Source: Basidiobolus meristosporus CBS 931.73 (taxonomy: Eukaryota; Fungi; Basidiobolomycota). From it: a DNA stretch of 64,000 bases. The stretch lies in NCBI GenBank assembly GCA_002104905.1, contig MCFE01000172.1:62001-126000 (forward strand). Direction: 5' to 3'. The translations under genes were made by a program, and so were the position numbers. Within the stretch, counting starts at the first letter, position 1. Every line of letters begins with the position of its first letter. The notes beneath the pieces were generated by a model. It was not told the origin of the DNA, did not search any database, and worked only from the letters and a program-made list of their open reading frames with translations. This document shows positions 57,206-64,000 of this stretch, piece after piece.

Positions 57206-58705
57206 TTATTGCCCCTGGATGATGTCCAACAAGGTCTTCCCGGTCCCGGTCACCAGGGCCACCAACCCGAAGCAAACCAATACTATTGCGGCAACATCGA
57301 AGGAGAGTTTTCCGGTCACCTGCTTGGCAGTGGTGGGTGCGACCAGTGGCTCGGTAGTGGAAGCATCAGGGGCGACTCGAAGTCTCAGGAAATCGAATTG
57401 CTTACGGCGGAATGTGGCCAGATAGATCCCAGCAGGAACAAGATAGGCCAGGCCTGTGGCGCTGAAGGCACCAATGAGCTGATAGACCTTGCCAAGATTG
57501 GTAATGGAAAGCCCAACGAACAGGACGAACGTATAGAGCCCCATGGTCACGGAAAGATGCTGAGTAGAGGTTGGCTGCATATCTAGATCCTCGAACCCGA
57601 GGAGAACGTTCAAGGTGGATCGGGCAGGATAGAACAACATGGGATAGGTCAAGAACATGGTGATCACCAGGCAGAGTCGGGCGAAATTGATGTATGGATC
57701 GGTGCTGGGGAAGTTCTTGAAAATGTTATCTTTCACATCGCTTCCAAATGACAGGTAGCCAATGAGGGCAAACGCGGTGTATATCAGGAATGCCCCTGCG
57801 ATGGCAGACTTGGTGGTTTTGGACCACCTCTTGTCAGTTGGGTTGCGCAAGTCCATGAAATTCATGAAGCACGTTTGGGTGCATACAAATGCGAAGCTGA
57901 TCACTCCGATGGCCGGGAAAAGGTTATCACCTACGAAGTTGTACTCGACCGTGTGTTTCCCGGCATAGTATGGCGCACGTACGGCTACGGTTAATGAAAT
58001 GATCGGAAGACACAAGATGGATATGATGGAGAATTTGGCCAAAGGAGCCATCGAGCGCCAGAAAAGCAGCGGCAAAATGAACAGGAAATTCGTGACAAGA
58101 ATAGCCCCAGCGCGACTGTGGAGAAAAGTGAGGGAAGGCAAGTAGATGGAAGCAAGCAGGGGAACGGTATCCCCGATAACTGAAAACGGTCAAGATGAAT
58201 CAGCCTCTGAGCCAAGAAAACTCGATATACAAAGGCAACTTACTGATAACATAACTGATGGTACTTCCTACACTTTGGGTCCATATCACCAGGTTCAGAA
58301 AGTAGAAACCAACATTTCCAAGAGTTTTTTTGGCCAACAAGTGGAACTGGTATATCCCAGTGCGACGACCAGCCTGGACCAGAATTCGCAAGGCGAAATC
58401 GTTGATCACTGCCACAAATATCAGGACAAGAATGCCCGCAAAGAAGCCAGCATCCTTCAAAGCGAAAGGTAGCCCCAATATACCGGAGCCGATAATGGTG
58501 TTGAGCAAATTAAAGGCCACTATACGTGTGGGTCCTGATTAGTCATGGGTTCAGTGGGTGGTAAAGAGAGACACTAACCTTCGGTGATGCTGGACTCGCC
58601 ACTACCTGGTTGACTAACCTCTGTAATTGGGTTAACCTCGCCACTGCTTACAGAGTTTGCAGCAAGACCAGTGTCCGGCTTGGTTGGTTCTTTGGCAGTG
58701 TGCAT
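57206..58705 (-). CDS. AAAP/SLC38 (Avt2-like) amino acid transporter, copy 1, 3 exons
   Basis: FNLLNTIIGSGILGLPFA, GVISFAFVC, GYLSFGSDVKDNIFKNF and LTYPMLFYPAR; start MHTAKEP at 58705. Confidence 0.92.
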
Positions 58706-60049
58706 TCCACTTCTAGGATACAAGAGATTGTGACTCAGAGGGGAGATACTCGCTTGGTTTATATTCGTTTTGTGTACACCAGTAGGAACTGGATTGGTGT
58801 TTCCAAATCAAGCCAGAGCTTCATGGACTAGAAGAATGATCGATCAACAGCATTAATAGGGAAACACTAAGCTATATTCTATGTTTTAGTGGCTGGGGTA
58901 GCACACGCCTAAGATTGCACAGAGCTCTCCTCCAATTCAGTCGGCCAGAATGTGGATTAGTTATGTTGTGCTATGTGCACTAATGCATTTCCAAACATAA
59001 ACGACACATCATAAACGCCGTGTCGGGAGCTGGAATTGGCGCTCGAGAGGTGAGTCCATGTGAACAAAGGGGATTAACCCAATGTTGCGGCATAGAAGGT
59101 CTTGCTTAGCAATACTTCGAAGGGAAAATCGATTGGTCCAGGGGCCGCAGCCGAAGCAAGCTTATGATTAACGATATTAAGCTAGGCTTCAGCAATCAAG
59201 CCTAGTCATGCAAGAATTCCCCCGTATCACCTCATATTGATTGGGGCGGCTTACTTTCACTAAATCAATATTAATAATGTACATTCCGAGGCTCAGATGG
59301 GGTGGCCCCATATTTCTGAGCTTCAGGTGTTCTAATAGGGTACACCAAGCAACATATACGGCTGCAAGGAATATTACCAGACGGCTAATGAAATCTACAT
59401 AGATTAATGGCTGGCACTATCTGGCATGACCAGCAGCCGCATGCCAACATTGGTGTGCTGATTGGCATCGTGTGATATATAGGCGATATACGGGTATGTT
59501 TCAATCTTAGTGATGACTCATTGTTAGTACGCGTATCTGGTGCAAAGCAATGCCAGGATGGTGCCATCCAGGGATTGAACATGGCTTTTAGCCTCAGGAT
59601 TGCATGGCCTGCTAGACAAAACCACGGTATAGCACAGCCGCCGATAATCCCGAAATGAACAGAGCAATTTATGGTCGCTACATAGGCCAACATCCACCCA
59701 GCGCTTGTGATATCCAGCCTTCCAAAAGCAGATGCTGCGAGTTACTATTTATGTGTGGTTCGTCTCGCACAACACAAACATAGAGGGTTCAATCAACCGC
59801 CGATGCTGGATTGGGTCGTTCATTAAACTTTACCCCTGTCAATCATCTTCTCAAATAAGAAAAACGCCCCAGATTTACCGGGTACTTTAGTGTGGGCGGA
59901 TGCGGTCACACCTTCTTAAATATCAGCTGGAAGCTTCGCCACTACAGCGTCAAGATACCTGGGCTTTGTATCAGCCTATTATTATTGAGCATGAGTGAAT
60001 AGTCTTTTCTAGAGATCATCAGAAGAGCGTTATTTCTGCTGTTCTGCAG

Positions 60050-60300
60050 TGGTAAAGTGACTTGTACATCCTCATTTATTCCAAATTCAGCTCCAGTTTC
60101 GAAAATACGTCCTTCGGCTTGGATAATGTAGTCTTTCTACCCGCAAATACCAGTACTGGTACTACTGAATAATACTTTAGCTCCGTCCATAGAGTGTGGA
60201 TTGCACAGATATGTTCACACCCACAACAATCACGTGTTCGATGGATGTCTCCCGTGATCCTTTTGGACAGGGAAGAGCAGATGAGCGTATGGCTCTGGCT
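60050..60300 (+). mobile_element. Possible decayed Ty1/copia integrase fragment
   Basis: TGTTE ... HVFDGCLP*SFW...AY resembles copia NG.AER...ML....LP..FW...A.Y. Short and weak. Confidence 0.25.
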
Positions 60301-60621
60301 TCAGCTGATTCGAAACCTCGTTTCTCAGTATGTCGATTATAGCTTTTGTTTATTGAAGGTTGTGAATAATATGGCTCTAGGATGAGTGAAGTATAACGGT
60401 ACTTTGATTTATTGCATTCATAAACAGATCCTACCAACTGGCTAGCTTGGTTAGGTTAGTTAAGACAACATGGCTATGTAGTACATATGAAATCAACAAT
60501 TATAATAATACAAATTTGTAGCAATTTAAGCGAATCGTGCCTGTCGGTGAAGCGAAGATTGCCAGCGAACAACTAGACCTTGCCAACACCGGCTACGATC
60601 TCTGACACTGTGAAAGCACGA

Positions 60622-62271
60622 CTATTTTCCATTCAAGATGTCACTAACCGTGTGGGCGGTCCCAGCAATCAAGCTAATCAGTCCAACTATAAGTAGAACG
60701 CCACATCCAACTATGTCCAGTAAAGAAAAATCGCTTCCTTCAAGTCTCGAGGCAACAGGGCCTGGCTGACCGGGAAGGAGTGGAGTTTGAACGGTTGCTT
60801 CATTGTCTTTGTCGCTTAATCTATCTACTGTGTGACGAAGCTTACTCCATATCAACCGAGAGTTCCAGAATGTCGCCAAGAAAACTGCAGCTGGAACAAG
60901 ATAGGATATCCCAGAGGCACACAAAGCTGATATCACAAGAATTACTAAAATGACAACAACACGGACATAAGCGAATTTCCATCTTACCTCCAATCACTTG
61001 GTAAACCTTGCCCAGATCGTGGATCAGGCAGGAGAGGAAGACAGAGAGGATAAAGAAGACTACGCTGATGGTGATATGTTCAAATCTGGTGGGGATTCTG
61101 GTGGGCGTTTGGCACTTAGTTACAACGTACACTATCTCGCGAGCTGGATAGAAAAGCATCGGGAAAGTGAACAATAAGGTTACAAATAGGCAGAACCGAG
61201 CAAAGTTGATATATGGATCATCTGCTGGGAAGTTCTTGAAGATATTGTCTTGAATGTCACTGCCAAATGACATATACCCTACTACGGCGAACATAATATA
61301 CAATCCGACGGAACCTATGACGGCGTTCCGAGTGGACTTAAGCCAGCGTTTGTCGGTGGAGTTCTTTAGAGATGCAAAGTGTAGAAACGCCGATTGATTG
61401 ACGACGAAAGCAAAGCTCATGACACCTGAGGGTAGTGGGCGAAATGAGTGACAGGGATAGATACACATGCTCAATCAATCACATACCAATGGCTCCAAGA
61501 ACGTTATCCCCGATGAAATCATAGGAAATATCATGCTCTGCTGCATATTTTGGGGCGCGAATAGCCACCGTCAAAGAAATGATTGGTAGGCAGCATACAG
61601 ACACAACGGAGAACTTAGCAAGCGGGGAGACCGTTCTGAAAAAGATCAAGGGCGCTATGAATATTGTGGAAAATAGAATGGCGTACACTCGGTTCTGCAG
61701 AATCTGGATTCCAGGAACGCTCATCGCTGCCAAGGGCGGGATGGTATCTCCGATGACTTCCGTACAAGTTAGTATCTTTTTGGAAGGCGAGAAGATAACC
61801 TCGGCCACTTACTAATCAGGTATGATACACAACTACCGATACAGTCGAACCACACAATGAAGTTCAAGAAATGATACCCCACTTGCCCAAGTGTCTTTTC
61901 GGCAAGATATGGAAATTGATATACACCCACTTTCCTTCCACTTTTGATCAAAGCGTTCATGGAGAAATTTGTCAGCGCAGCAACACTTAATAAGATTACA
62001 ATCCCCGCAAAAAAGCCTCCCTCCCTCATGGCGAACGGAATTCCAAGAATCCCACTGCCAATGACCGAGTTCAAGATATTGAAAGAAACTATGTTTTGAT
62101 GAGTTAAGAAGTGAGCTGCGGCAAGAATAAGCGTCTCTAGATACCTGCAGTGGTACTAGAGGTTCCAGAATTCGGGACTGTATCCGCATCCTGTGTGCTT
62201 CTAGACTTGATTTGCTCTTCGGTTGAGCAACCACCCACCGAGGAAGTTGAGTCTGAAGCATTCGCCATCAT
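60622..62271 (-). CDS. AAAP/SLC38 (Avt2-like) amino acid transporter, copy 2, 5 exons
   Basis: VSFNILNSVIGSGILGIPFA, G|VMSFAFVV, GYMSFGSDIQDNIFKNF and FTFPMLFYPAR; start MMANASDS at 62271. Confidence 0.92.
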
Positions 62272-62999
62272 GAAGAATAGGATGCGTGCAATCAATGGTG
62301 AAGCGACTTGAGATTATAAAATTCTGAGTTCAAATAGCTCAGGAGTACAAATAGCAAATTTCAAGCAGATTACAAGAGTCACGAGGTTTGATCAAAAGCC
62401 AGAGCAATCAATGTTTATATGCCAGAGTTTCATGGGACATGGAGGCCTGTGAGCTAGTAGGTCAGAATTAATAAAGCATGATTCAATGTCTCAATGTGCC
62501 CGGATAGCCATGCGTCACACTGGGAACAACCACATGATGCCAGTATAAGAATATTGGCCAGTACACGAATAAGCTCACGCAAGATGAGATGCAGACATAT
62601 GGAAAGTAATTTTGCGAACAATAGAGATGACATGGATCGATTCCCTATAACTCGCTACGATAAGAGATTTTGACTCGTATGTAAGCGCAAGTCTACCTCC
62701 TGAAACCCAACCTAGTCCTTTGATAGCAGAGCGGTTTTAGAATACCACCCAAGCTATCTTGGATCAAGGAAGGATCTTAAGCGAGATATCCTGAAATGGA
62801 AGACCATCCCAAAGCGGAACCCACACTCTACGACCAGCTTGGTAAGCACCTTGTGTGAGTCTGTTCGGGGAACGGTAACATACTTGCAGTTGACCGCATC
62901 TTTATCGAGTCACAAGAGTATGCAGTCTCCAACGCAGAATTACGCACATAGGTAAGCCCCATCGATTTCGGTATAAATATAGACAATCATGCTGGGTCA

Positions 63000-63760
63000 A
63001 GATTGGGGGTTTCCGTGGTACTGTGCCAAATCTTGATGGCCGTTGGTCAGTTGCTACTGGCATATTAGGAAAATTTACCAAATAGATGGTGACTGTAAAG
63101 TACACTACTGCGGGTAACCTATGAATATAGACATGATCAAGGGACAACTAATGCGGCCTCTGGTAAGGCTGCTCAGTAGTCTAGGCCGCTTGGACTTGCT
63201 TGATAAAAAAACCCATTGCATTTCATATATGTCGGGTCTTCTCGTTCTAAAGTCAGTTCTTTGGAATAAACTTGAATTCCAAATGCTTTTGCCAATATAA
63301 AGATTGCAGGGCAGCCGCGTCTGATAAGGTCCAGGAACTGTCCTCTCCACCTTATTGGTGATGGGATTTAATGTGCGTAGATATCAATGGTTTATTCAGA
63401 TAATAATCTGCGTAGCAATAATGGCAGGTTGCCTGATCCAACCGGCCCCCAAAATAATCCACCCTGCCGCCAGCATTTTCACATCACATTGAGAATAGTA
63501 TGTGTCGTTGCTCGTTTTATTCGGGATGAATTGATTGGTGGGTTGGCGCATCAGGATGACCCAAATTTCTTAGTTATCCGGCGGTGAAGGGACTCCGCTG
63601 GTATCTTGATATATCTTCTACTGAAAACGGAAGACCAACACTTCCCAGTGGGCAGGGAAAAGGAGGTACATTACGCCGACGTGCTCAAGATGATTAACAA
63701 AAGACTGTTCAAAAATTCAGCTCATCAAGATTCCCCCCGACATGCGAAGTAAGTCTCACC
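63000..63760 (+). pseudogene. Possible decayed coding remnant, family unknown
   Basis: Stretches of protein-like sequence broken by isolated stops (e.g. ...PNFLVIRR*RDSAGILIYLLLKTEDQHFPVGREKEVHYADVLKMINKRLFK). Confidence 0.2.
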
Positions 63761-64000
63761 AACTTGATAAGCGCTCACACACCATATCCCACACCTTGAC
63801 TGCCAAAATAACGCCTTGTATTGTATAGTCACTTTACTGTATATTTCCCATATCCGGAAATATACGACATAGTATTTCTTTTAATGGGCTCAGTATATAC
63901 ACTAAACCGAGACCAGATAAAGTCAAATTGGAAATTCTCAGCAATTGCCACCAATGGATCTGTGGTTATCGTTGAAGCGGGCATTAGTCCTGTATCACGC

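Noticed and set aside
1-64000. tRNA, rRNA, CRISPR arrays or a bacterial-type operon
   Set aside because: No cloverleaf or T-loop consensus, rRNA-like tract or spaced direct repeats were seen by eye, and the genes are spliced eukaryotic genes. tRNAscan-SE/Infernal would be needed to exclude small RNAs.

Overview
Eukaryotic, intron-rich fungal genomic DNA read in the standard code, with short (about 55-70 nt) GT-AG introns carrying CTAAC-type branch sites. The gene content suggests an early-diverging fungus (Zoopagomycota/Mucoromycota-like; this is inference). I can support about 20 protein-coding genes: class IV chitin synthase (runs off the left edge), NAT/NCS2 purine permease, OPT oligopeptide transporter, CIA30/NDUFAF1, a very large group-X-type hybrid histidine kinase, DNAJC12-like J-protein, Rcf2/Rcf3-like protein, two convergent Chs7 chitin-synthase export chaperones with a PP2/Nictaba-like lectin-domain gene between them, isochorismatase-like protein, an unknown HLHHW-motif membrane protein, acyl-CoA oxidase, an orphan secreted protein, epoxide hydrolase, a coiled-coil protein with a Rab11-FIP-like tail, Mei2, a Bck1-like MAPKKK and two tandem Avt2/SLC38-like amino acid transporters. 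Several genes (CIA30, the PP2 gene, DNAJC12-like, Rcf3-like) are split into exons too small for the ORF track and were rebuilt by hand from splice signals. Intergenic gaps hold decayed retroelement fragments and at least one intron-bearing pseudogene. The most interesting structure is the chitin-related neighbourhood: class IV CHS plus Chs7 -> <-PP2-like <-Chs7. No rRNA, tRNA or CRISPR was recognised. All family calls come from recognising motifs by eye; no database searches were run.
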